The notes under the pieces were generated by a model. That model saw nothing but the letters and a program-made list of their open reading frames with translations. It ran no database searches and had not been told where the DNA came from. Positions 35,923 through 44,770 of a DNA stretch of 64,000 nucleotides are shown piece after piece; the first letter of the stretch is position 1; each line of letters starts with the position of its first letter. A program made the translations under genes and the position numbers. Source of the stretch: Clostridia bacterium (GTDB lineage Bacteria > Bacillota > Clostridia > Christensenellales > UBA1242); assembly GCA_017464845.1 (NCBI GenBank), contig JAFTYD010000010.1, positions 568 through 64,567 of the forward strand, given 5' to 3'.

Positions 35923-37246
35923 TATTCTCCAAAATTAAATTTTTAAAAACATCACCTCTATGAGCATAACTTTCAAACTCATCAAAACTTGCACACCCTG
36001 GAGAAAGTAAAACAACATCATTTTTTTCTGCAATTTTTTTTGCAAAATAAACTGCATCTTTCATAGTATTTTTTACACAAACTTTGTAATTAAAACTTTG
36101 TGCAATTATACCAATATCATTACCACTTTCTCCAAAACAAATTATATTTTTCAGATTGTATTTTTTTTGAAACAAAATTGAAAAATCACAATTTTTATTT
36201 CTTCCACCAAGAAGTAAATTAATAGGTCTATTTTTATATGCAGATATTGCATTTTCAATACAATCTATATTTGTTGCTTTACTATCATCAACATACAATA
36301 CTCCACTTATTTCTCCAACTTCTTCCAATCTATGAGATGCAACCTTAAATGATAAAATTGCTTTTTTTATTGTATCAATATCTATTTTTAATAAACAAGA
36401 AATTCCGATTACAGCAAGTACATTTTCTAAGTTTTTATCTCCTTTTAATGATATTTCATTTATGTTCATAATTTTTGTATTATTAAAATAAATCTCATTA
36501 TCAAAAACATAAACACCATTTTTTAAAGGTTTTTTTGAGAAAAATAGCATATTTTTTGATAAAAAAAGGTTGTTTTTTAATTTTTTATTTTTATCTAGGT
36601 ATGACAAAATATTTTCGTCATCAAAATTTAAAACCATTTTCCCCTTTCTTTTTAGCATCTCCAAAAGTTTAAATTTGGTATTTTTATATTCATCAAAACT
36701 TCCATGTCTATCAATATGATCTTGTGTTATATTCAAAATACATGCTATGTCAGGAGAAAAAATTTTTGAACTTTCAAGTTGAAAGTTACTCACCTCACAA
36801 ACTGTTATATTTTCTTTTTTTGTTGATAGTGAAATTGAACTTAAAGGAAGACCGATATTACCACAAACATTTGTTTTTTTGTTTGCAAATTTTAACACTC
36901 TTCCCATTAACATACTAGTAGTTGTTTTTCCATTTGTTCCTGTTATTGCAATTAAACTTCCACTTAAAAAAGAATAACCAAAATCAAGTTCGGATATTAT
37001 TTTTTGACCAGATAAAATAAAATATTCAACCAACTTGTTTCCAAGAATTTTTACCCCAGGACTTATCACAATCAAATCATATTTTTTATTAAATGGATTT
37101 CTTTCATAATAAAAATCATTACAGTATTCTTCGTTGTCATCGTAAACGTTTATACACGCACCATACTCATGTAAAATTTTGCATACTGCTCTTCCACTGT
37201 CACCTATTCCATAAATTAAAACTTTTTTACCTTTAAAACTTTTCAC
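35909..37246 (-). CDS. murD: UDP-N-acetylmuramoylalanine--D-glutamate ligase
   Basis: 445 aa. Contains GIGDSGRA and GTNGKTTT, and lies between mraY and ftsW. It overlaps ftsW by 14 nt. Confidence 0.92.
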   Translation of the reverse strand: MKSFKGKKVLIYGIGDSGRAVCKILHEYGACINVYDDNEEYCNDFYYERNPFNKKYDLIVISPGVKILGNKLVEYFILSGQKIISELDFGYSFLSGSLIAITGTNGKTTTSMLMGRVLKFANKKTNVCGNIGLPLSSISLSTKKENITVCEVSNFQLESSKIFSPDIACILNITQDHIDRHGSFDEYKNTKFKLLEMLKRKGKMVLNFDDENILSYLDKNKKLKNNLFLSKNMLFFSKKPLKNGVYVFDNEIYFNNTKIMNINEISLKGDKNLENVLAVIGISCLLKIDIDTIKKAILSFKVASHRLEEVGEISGVLYVDDSKATNIDCIENAISAYKNRPINLLLGGRNKNCDFSILFQKKYNLKNIICFGESGNDIGIIAQSFNYKVCVKNTMKDAVYFAKKIAEKNDVVLLSPGCASFDEFESYAHRGDVFKNLILENNEKK

Positions 37247-37265
37247 ACTTTCACCTATATATTTT

Positions 37266-38222
37266 TTACAATAAATAATAAAGCAACATCAAAGAAGAAA
37301 CCATTATTGTTATAAATATATATATGATAACAATCTTGTTTTCATGTACATTTTTTTGTTCAAAATGATGATGTAACGGAGCCATTAAAAATATTCTTTT
37401 TTTTGTTCTTTTATAATACAAAACTTGGATTATATCTGACACTGCAGAAAGCACAAACATTATCCCCATAAAAACAATCAAGAATTCCTTTTTTGTCATA
37501 AAAGCCATCATTGAAATAAATCCACCAATTGCAAGTGAACCTGTATCTCCCATAAATATTTTTGCAGGATAAAAATTAAAAAGCATAAATACTAAAAGTC
37601 CACCAGCAAACGCAAAACAAGATAATGCATAAACATAGTTTTGACTCAATGAACTTACTGCTAAAATTATTCCAAAAAACAAAATATAAACAAATGAAAC
37701 TCCACCAGCAAGTCCATCTAACCCATCTGTTAAATTCACACTATTTGTTGTTGCAACCAAAGTTAAAATTACAAAAGGAATTATAAATAACCCAAGATTA
37801 AGTTCTAAATCAAAAAGTTCAATGCTTGTCCCGATATTAAAATACACATACAGAGAAACAATTATAGAAAGACCAACTTGTCCAACAATTTTTTGATATG
37901 GTTTTAACCCCTCATTTTGTTTATTATAAACTTTTATAAAATCATCTAAAAATCCTAATAATGCATATCCAAAGGTAACTGCAAAACAAAATAATACATC
38001 AATTCCGTCTTTACCTAAAAACACTAAAATACTAAAAAAAGAAGCAAAAATAAATATAAGCCCACCCATAGTAGGTGTACCTTCTTTATTTTTATGCTTG
38101 TCCACATAATGAAGTATCGTTTGAGATACTTTCAATCTTTTACAAAGATAAATAATAAATGGAGCAATTATTAAACCTATAATTGCAGAGATTAAAAAAA
38201 CTAAAATTAAATTAACAACCAT
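37266..38222 (-). CDS. mraY: Phospho-N-acetylmuramoyl-pentapeptide transferase
   Basis: I moved the start to the ATG at 38222 (RBS GGAGAA). Contains K.GTPTMGG, NLTDGLDGLA, GDTGSLAIGG and APLHHHFE. Confidence 0.95.
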   Translation of the reverse strand: MVVNLILVFLISAIIGLIIAPFIIYLCKRLKVSQTILHYVDKHKNKEGTPTMGGLIFIFASFFSILVFLGKDGIDVLFCFAVTFGYALLGFLDDFIKVYNKQNEGLKPYQKIVGQVGLSIIVSLYVYFNIGTSIELFDLELNLGLFIIPFVILTLVATTNSVNLTDGLDGLAGGVSFVYILFFGIILAVSSLSQNYVYALSCFAFAGGLLVFMLFNFYPAKIFMGDTGSLAIGGFISMMAFMTKKEFLIVFMGIMFVLSAVSDIIQVLYYKRTKKRIFLMAPLHHHFEQKNVHENKIVIIYIFITIMVSSLMLLYYLL

Positions 38223-39687
38223 AAATATTCTCCAAAGAAAATTCACATTTAAAAATTTCTTTAATACATTTCACAACAGCATCATAATCATTATAATTTT
38301 CTTTTATACCATTAATTTCTTGATATCTTTCACCACCTTTACCTGCAATTACCAAAGTATCTCCACTTTGGCAATTTAAAAGCATTTTCTTTATCGCATC
38401 ATATCGTAAAGGTTCAATTGTATGGTTATTTTTTATCATTCCCTTTTCAATATCAAATATTATACTTAATGGTTTTTCATATCTAGGATTATCACTAGTT
38501 ACACAAACAAAATCACATATATCTTCAGTAATTTTTCCCATTTTTGCTCTTTTATCTTTATCCCTATTACCTCCACAGCCAAAAACACAATAAAGTTTTC
38601 CTTCTGTAACAAACTTCGCCGTCATTAAAAGTTTTTCAAGACTATCAGGTGTGTGAGCAAAATCTATTACAATATTAATACCTTTATAAGTTATTACATT
38701 AAACCTTCCTTCAATTGGTTTTATTTTCTTTAAGGTATCCAATACATTTTCATAACTTACCCCAAGCACACTACAAACAGTCATAGCAGCTAAAATATTC
38801 TGAATATTATATTCTCCCACCAAATTAGTTTCCACATCATAAATATTATCAAGTAAGTTACATGTAAATTTACTTCCTTTCATTTGAGTCTGTATATCAA
38901 TAGCAAACACATCACAAGGATTATCCATTCCATATGACAAAATTGGTAATTTCTCAGAATTAATTAATTTTCTAGAATAATTATCATCAGAATTTAATAT
39001 TCCGAGTTTTATATATTTAGTATCAAAAAAAGAAAGCTTTGTATTAGCATAATTCTCCATATTTTTAAAATAATCTAAATGATCTTGTGTAATATTAGTT
39101 AAAACACCAATTTCAAATTTAACCCCTTCAATCTTCTTTTGTTCTATTGCATGTGCTGATACTTCCATAATCACATATTCAATATTGCTTTCATACATCT
39201 TTTCAAAAACATCATGCAAAAAATCTGGATCAGGAGTAGTCCATGGATTTTCGTATTCAACATCATCAAATCTTATACCTAAAGTCCCTATTATTCCCAC
39301 TTTTTTGCCACTATTTTTCAAAATTTGATAAATTATATAGGAAGTGGTAGTTTTTCCATTTGTTCCGGTAATTCCAATAATTTTCATATTGTCACAACAA
39401 GAATTAAAAAAATTTTTACTCATTAATGCAAAAACTTCTCTAGCATTATCAACAAGTATTTGATTTTCAATATAAAGATTTTTCTCTGTAACAATAATAC
39501 TTGCACCTTTTTCAAGAGCTTTCATATAATATTTAGTGCCATTTTCTTTACTACCATTAATACATATAAACACATCATTCTTTTGAACTCTATTACTATC
39601 GATACAAATTTTATTTATATCCGTATCCAAAAAAACATCTATATTATTATTTACTTTTATCCCTTTTACTAAATCTCTTAATAACAT
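38212..39687 (-). CDS. murE: UDP-MurNAc-L-Ala-D-Glu--2,6-diaminopimelate ligase (MurE)
   Basis: 491 aa. Contains GITGTNGKTTT and TSDNPRYE. As I recall, the DNPR motif is associated with meso-DAP-adding MurE enzymes. Confidence 0.9.
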   Translation of the reverse strand: MLLRDLVKGIKVNNNIDVFLDTDINKICIDSNRVQKNDVFICINGSKENGTKYYMKALEKGASIIVTEKNLYIENQILVDNAREVFALMSKNFFNSCCDNMKIIGITGTNGKTTTSYIIYQILKNSGKKVGIIGTLGIRFDDVEYENPWTTPDPDFLHDVFEKMYESNIEYVIMEVSAHAIEQKKIEGVKFEIGVLTNITQDHLDYFKNMENYANTKLSFFDTKYIKLGILNSDDNYSRKLINSEKLPILSYGMDNPCDVFAIDIQTQMKGSKFTCNLLDNIYDVETNLVGEYNIQNILAAMTVCSVLGVSYENVLDTLKKIKPIEGRFNVITYKGINIVIDFAHTPDSLEKLLMTAKFVTEGKLYCVFGCGGNRDKDKRAKMGKITEDICDFVCVTSDNPRYEKPLSIIFDIEKGMIKNNHTIEPLRYDAIKKMLLNCQSGDTLVIAGKGGERYQEINGIKENYNDYDAVVKCIKEIFKCEFSLENIYGC

Positions 39688-39902
39688 AAAAACTCCTTAT
39701 GTATATATTAATGTTTAGAAAATAAAAAAGTTTACTAATATCAAAATTAGTCAAATAATGACAAAATATAAAATTCATTTTGAAATATACCCTATGACAT
39801 GTTATAATTTTGATGTTGACAATGTTTTATTATTTTTTAAACGTAAAATTTTATAAATAATATATTAATTTGTGGCGAAAAATATTATTGCGAGGTGAAA
39901 AT

Positions 39903-40853
39903 ATGAAAAAAAGTGAATATATTGCTAATCCAAATTTAAAATTAAAAGAAAAACTCAGTGTTGAAGAGTTAAACAAACTTGCTCTTGATGATATTGAAGA
40001 ATTAATCTTACAAAGTGAAGAAAAATATCACAAACAAATTAGAGAACTTGTTGAAGACTTCTCTTCATATAATTATAAAAAAATAATTCTTTTAGCTGGA
40101 CCAACTTCTGCTGGTAAAACAACAACTTCTCATCTTGTTAGAAAAGAATTAGAAAAAAGAGGTAAAAAGACAGTTACAATCTCTCTTGATGACTTCTTCC
40201 TTGAATATGAAAAAAGACCAAGATTAAAAGATGGAACTGTTGACAATGAATCAATAGATTCTATTGATGTTCCATATATTGAAAGTTTTACAAAAGAATT
40301 GATTGAAACTGGAAAAGCTAATATGCCAATCTATAACTTTATTAAAAGAGCTAGAGAACCTCAAACTGTTGAAATCAAAGCTGATGAAAATACAGTAATT
40401 ATTTTTGAAGGTTTACATGCTTTAAATCCAAAGTTATTTTCTGACATGAGCGAACTTTCATATAGAATCTTCTTAGCTCCTAATGTTGACTTTTATTTAG
40501 ATAATAAATTAGTTTTACAAGCTAAAAATCTTAGACTTATGAGAAGATGTATTAGAGATACTTACTCAAGAGGTACAATGCCTGAAACAACATTATCTAT
40601 GTGGAAATTTATCACTGACTGTGAAGAAATCTATATCAAACCATATAAATACACAGCAGATTATATCATCAACTCAACTCACAACTACGAACCATTAGTT
40701 TATGCAAAATATCTTAAACCATTGCTTGAAGCAACTGAAAATAACGAAATGGCAAATGAATTAATTGAAATCCTAAATGCTTGTGAAAAGGTAAATAAAA
40801 AATTCATTCCTGACAATTCTATGATTTGGGAATTCTTAGTTCATAAAGACTAA
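39903..40853 (+). CDS. P-loop nucleoside/uridine kinase-family protein
   Basis: I moved the start to the ATG at 39903 (RBS GAGGTG). Contains LLAGPTSAGKTTTS (Walker A), ISLDDFF and FEGLHALNP. Confidence 0.7.
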   Translation: MKKSEYIANPNLKLKEKLSVEELNKLALDDIEELILQSEEKYHKQIRELVEDFSSYNYKKIILLAGPTSAGKTTTSHLVRKELEKRGKKTVTISLDDFFLEYEKRPRLKDGTVDNESIDSIDVPYIESFTKELIETGKANMPIYNFIKRAREPQTVEIKADENTVIIFEGLHALNPKLFSDMSELSYRIFLAPNVDFYLDNKLVLQAKNLRLMRRCIRDTYSRGTMPETTLSMWKFITDCEEIYIKPYKYTADYIINSTHNYEPLVYAKYLKPLLEATENNEMANELIEILNACEKVNKKFIPDNSMIWEFLVHKD

Positions 40854-40877
40854 TTTTATTAAAATATCAAAAAAAAT

Positions 40878-40902
40878 ACAGCAAAATTAAATTTTTTGCT
40901 GT
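40878..40902. terminator. Bidirectional terminator between convergent genes
   Basis: 9-bp stem ACAGCAAAA/TTTTGCTGT with a 7-nt loop. It is preceded by an A-run and followed by TTTTTTAT. Confidence 0.7.
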
Positions 40903-40924
40903 TTTTTTATTAATTTTACATTTT

Positions 40925-41311
40925 TTACAATCTATATTCGTCAATAATCGATTGTATTTCTGTTGAAAATATTTCACAACTTGAAACTATTTTTTCTGCA
41001 CTAATATTACTAATTATTCTTTTATCCATTATCATAACTTCAAAAAACTCAAAACCTAAAGATGATATAACATAACCACCTTTTGATTCTTTACACACTT
41101 TTTCAAGTTTTTCCCAAACCTCATCATGAAGTTCTTCAGGTAATTCTTGCTTAAAATTATAATAAATACTTACATAATTTACTATACCAAAAACAAATGT
41201 TCCAATCTGAACAGACAATGCAGTAGAATTAAAATTTTTTACATAAGAACCTTCTTCATCTTTTTCAAAACCACAACTTATCAAATCTTGAACTAATTTT
41301 CTTTTTCTCAT
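40925..41311 (-). CDS. Hypothetical protein (128 aa)
   Basis: I moved the start to the ATG at 41311 (RBS GGGAGAAG). A TGTGTTATAAT promoter element lies upstream at ~41351-41361. I recognise no motif. Confidence 0.55.
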   Translation of the reverse strand: MRKRKLVQDLISCGFEKDEEGSYVKNFNSTALSVQIGTFVFGIVNYVSIYYNFKQELPEELHDEVWEKLEKVCKESKGGYVISSLGFEFFEVMIMDKRIISNISAEKIVSSCEIFSTEIQSIIDEYRL

Positions 41312-41393
41312 ATTCTTCTCCCTCACTAATAGTTATATTAACATTTTTATTATAACACAACTTAAAAATAATAGTTAGCAATTTAATAAAATA

Positions 41394-41417
41394 AAGAGAA
41401 TAAATATTTATTCTCTT
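41394..41417 (-). terminator. Palindromic hairpin overlapping the ddl stop
   Basis: AAGAGAATAAAT/ATTTATTCTCTT is a perfect 24-nt palindrome. T-rich sequence follows on the - strand. Confidence 0.55.
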
Positions 41418-42552
41418 ATTTTTTTTGAATTTTATTAGAATTTTTAAATTCTTTAAATATATTTAAAGCTTGACTTTCAAAGCTATATTTTCTTTTCAAT
41501 TTATCTTTTAACCTAAACTTTGCTTGCAAAATCATACACTCCAAAAGTTCTGTCGGTTTGTAATCTTTAAACAAATATAAAGCCATAGAACCAGGAATTG
41601 AATTAATTTCATTAACATATAAAATATTATTATTTTCATCAAACAAAAAATCAACTCTCACAATACCTTCACAATCAAAAAGTTCATACACCCTTGAAGT
41701 TAAAGTATGTATCCTATTTTTCATTGAAGCTGGAATTTTATTTTTTCCTTTTGTTTTGACTTTAAGATATTTTTCATCAAAACTAAAGATTTCATCATTA
41801 CTTTCAACTTCATCAATACTTGACAAAATCAATCTATCTTCAACTTTTAAACAAGCACAATTATACTCTTTTAAAGAAGTTATAACTTTTTCAATCAAAA
41901 TTTTTTTATCAAATTTAAATGCAATTTCTATTCCATTTTTTAATTCATCTATATTATTACAAACGCTAATACCTATACTACTTCCTAAATTTGCTGGTTT
42001 TATAATTAATGGAAATTTAAGTCTTTTTGAAATAGTTCCTAAATTTTTTTTCTCATCTTTTAAATAGTCATTTTCCTTTAAACTCATATATTCTGGAGTT
42101 GGTATTTTATTTGAAATAAATACATTTTTCATAAAAACTTTATCCATACAAATTCCACTTGAAGTCACTCCACAAGAAGTATAAGGAATTGAACATAATT
42201 CAAGCACACCTTGCAACGTTCCATCTTCACCATTAACACCATGATTACATAAAATAGCACAATTAACTTGAATAAATTTTGAATACTTTTTACTTTTCTT
42301 TATTGCAAGATAAGGCTTCCCCATAACAACTGTTACACAAACTTTATTTTTTGCAAATTTATCAAAATCTTGATAAATATTTTCATCAGTCAAATTATCT
42401 GCCATATACCATAATCCATTACCAGAAATATAAACTGGTAAAACATTATAATCTTTCAAATTAATGTTTTTCAAAACTGTTAATGCAGTGATAATTGATA
42501 TATCATGCTCAACACTTTTTCCACCAAAAAACACAACTAAATTATCTTTCAT
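41416..42552 (-). CDS. ddl: D-alanine--D-alanine ligase
   Basis: 378 aa. Contains FGGKSVEHDISI, HG..GEDGTLQG, the ATP-grasp segment IIKPANLGSSIGI and EINSIPG. Confidence 0.92.
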   Translation of the reverse strand: MKDNLVVFFGGKSVEHDISIITALTVLKNINLKDYNVLPVYISGNGLWYMADNLTDENIYQDFDKFAKNKVCVTVVMGKPYLAIKKSKKYSKFIQVNCAILCNHGVNGEDGTLQGVLELCSIPYTSCGVTSSGICMDKVFMKNVFISNKIPTPEYMSLKENDYLKDEKKNLGTISKRLKFPLIIKPANLGSSIGISVCNNIDELKNGIEIAFKFDKKILIEKVITSLKEYNCACLKVEDRLILSSIDEVESNDEIFSFDEKYLKVKTKGKNKIPASMKNRIHTLTSRVYELFDCEGIVRVDFLFDENNNILYVNEINSIPGSMALYLFKDYKPTELLECMILQAKFRLKDKLKRKYSFESQALNIFKEFKNSNKIQKK

Positions 42553-42614
42553 TTTTCACCTCAAAATTTTATATGTTATCATTTTATCATTTGTTAAAAT
42601 GTACAAAACTTAAT

Positions 42615-44033
42615 TTACTTATAATTATCAGGCAAATCATTTTCAAATAAAACAACATCATTTTTTAATAAAATTTTATTAAGCAAATTCTTTTGTTCTT
42701 CTCTTGTATTTGCAAAAAATAGCATTTTTTCATCAAAATTTCCACTTTTTAACCCGTTTTTTAAAGAATTTTTATTAATTTTATTCATAATAATACAAAT
42801 ATCTGCAACTTTTGAAATTTCTTTTCCAAGATCAAAATTTACCTTTTCTTGTTTAGATCCCATCTCAACAATACCTGGCGTTATAACAATTTTTCTTTTT
42901 TTAAAATTTGACAAAACTTGCAAAGCTTCTTTTGCACCACTTAAATTTGAGTTGTATGAATCATCAATCACACAAACATTTTCACCTTTTATAAGTTCTA
43001 ATCTATGTTCGATTGGTTTTAATTTTGAAATTGCTTTTTTTATATTAAACAAATTCTCTCCAAGTAAATAAGCCATCGTTGAAGACATAACAATATTGTC
43101 GATATTAAGTTTACCAAGTAATTTTGTTTCAACATCTATTTTTTTCTTATCAATATTTAATGTAAATTTGCTACCATGTTCATTTGTTGAAATATTACTT
43201 GCAAACGCATAACTATTTTCGCGACATAACAAATATTTTTTTCTTTTACACTTTTTATATAATTTATAACTCGATGATGATTTTCCATTAAAAATCACAA
43301 CACCATCTTCATCAATAAATTCACATAATTCAAACTTGGTTTTCTCTATATTTTCTATCGTACGAAATGTTTCAATATGTTGCTCTCCAATGGAAGTAAT
43401 TATCCCATATTCAACTTCAACAAGGTTGGTCAAAAACGCAATATCTCCTTCCCTCCTTGCACCCATCTCAACTATAAAAAATTCATGTTCCTCATTTAAG
43501 TCTTCAAGAATAGTTTTACATATGCCCATAGGTGTATTGTAACTTTTAGGAGTTTTACAAACTTTATATTCTTCTTCCAAAATTTGACATAAAATATTTT
43601 TTGTCGAGGTTTTTCCAAAACTTCCAGTAATTCCAATTTTCTTACATTTTAGTTTTAATAACTTTTTTTGTGCTCTTTTTATAAATCTGCATTTGATAAT
43701 ATATTCAACTGGACACATAATAAAATGAACACATGAAAATATGAATAAATTAAATAAAACAAAAATTATATTGACAATAAAATACAAATAAATTTTTTTA
43801 ATAAATATGTAACATAATAAAGAAATAAGGAGATTAAATATAAAGTTAAAACAAATAAATCTTTTCATTCTATTTGTTAAAACTAATTTATTTTTATCTC
43901 CATTTGCAAATCGAAATTTTATAACATTTATTAATGTTTTTTTTATTGAATAATTATTTAATTGATAAACTTTATAAACAGGAAAACATAAACATACAAT
44001 CATAAGTGCATATAAAAAACTTATAAAAATCAT
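42615..44033 (-). CDS. murF: MurF-type Mur ligase with an N-terminal membrane domain in place of the usual soluble domain 1
   Basis: 472 aa. Residues 1-~110 form three hydrophobic helices (MIFISFLYALMIVCLCFPV; FICFNFIFNLLISLLCYIF; IYLYFIVNIIFVLFNLFIFSCVHFIM). Then come IGITGSFGKTSTK (P-loop), TPKSYNTPMG, VEMGAR and a Mur ligase C-domain. The start ATG overlaps the upstream stop (ATGA), and ddl follows. Confidence 0.7.
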   Translation of the reverse strand: MIFISFLYALMIVCLCFPVYKVYQLNNYSIKKTLINVIKFRFANGDKNKLVLTNRMKRFICFNFIFNLLISLLCYIFIKKIYLYFIVNIIFVLFNLFIFSCVHFIMCPVEYIIKCRFIKRAQKKLLKLKCKKIGITGSFGKTSTKNILCQILEEEYKVCKTPKSYNTPMGICKTILEDLNEEHEFFIVEMGARREGDIAFLTNLVEVEYGIITSIGEQHIETFRTIENIEKTKFELCEFIDEDGVVIFNGKSSSSYKLYKKCKRKKYLLCRENSYAFASNISTNEHGSKFTLNIDKKKIDVETKLLGKLNIDNIVMSSTMAYLLGENLFNIKKAISKLKPIEHRLELIKGENVCVIDDSYNSNLSGAKEALQVLSNFKKRKIVITPGIVEMGSKQEKVNFDLGKEISKVADICIIMNKINKNSLKNGLKSGNFDEKMLFFANTREEQKNLLNKILLKNDVVLFENDLPDNYK

Positions 44034-44761
44034 TCTTCCTCCGTTAAAAATTTGTTTAAAATACTAAAAAATTCAATTTTTTTCTCTAAAAAACTAAAAT
44101 GTCCAGCATCTTTTATTAAATACAATTGAGAATCTTTTATTCCTTTAAACAATTTCTTTGCCATATAAACTGGGGTAACATTATCTTTTTCACCAAACAC
44201 AATTAAGGTCTTTGCTTTTATTTCTTTTAAATAATCTTCAAGATGTTCATTAACAATTGAAGTAAAAATCTTTTTCATATCATTATCTAACAACTTATAA
44301 TCTTTTGAGCCATATTTTTCTATAGAAAGTCCCAACTTTTTTCTAAGCTTGTAATTATATATTTTTACATAATACGACATTTTTCTTTTTGGTTTCATTC
44401 CAGCAGAATCAACTAAAACAAGTTTATTTATTTTTTCTTTATTTATTACTGACATAACAATTGCAACTCTTCCACCAAAAGAATGTCCAATAATATTATA
44501 TTTTTTTATGTTCAATTTTTCACACAAACACATAACCATATTCGCATATGTGAATAAAGTCCAATTTTTAAGTTTTGTTTGACTATTTCCAAAAGGTGGA
44601 AAATCTATCAAAATATTTCTTTGTCCTTTTAACTCTTTTGCACAAAAATCAAAGTTTGAAGAATCTGCACCCCAACCATGTAAAAATACATTTACATAAT
44701 CTTTATTCTTTTTTCCTAAATCTTTATAAAAAATATTTACACCTTGAAAATTATATACCAT
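44030..44761 (-). CDS. Alpha/beta-fold hydrolase
   Basis: 243 aa. Contains HGWGADSS and the nucleophile elbow GHSFGG, with a ..DAGHF.. catalytic His region near the C-terminus. It lies between murC and the murF-like gene. Confidence 0.8.
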   Translation of the reverse strand: MVYNFQGVNIFYKDLGKKNKDYVNVFLHGWGADSSNFDFCAKELKGQRNILIDFPPFGNSQTKLKNWTLFTYANMVMCLCEKLNIKKYNIIGHSFGGRVAIVMSVINKEKINKLVLVDSAGMKPKRKMSYYVKIYNYKLRKKLGLSIEKYGSKDYKLLDNDMKKIFTSIVNEHLEDYLKEIKAKTLIVFGEKDNVTPVYMAKKLFKGIKDSQLYLIKDAGHFSFLEKKIEFFSILNKFLTEEE

Positions 44762-44770
44762 ACAATCATT

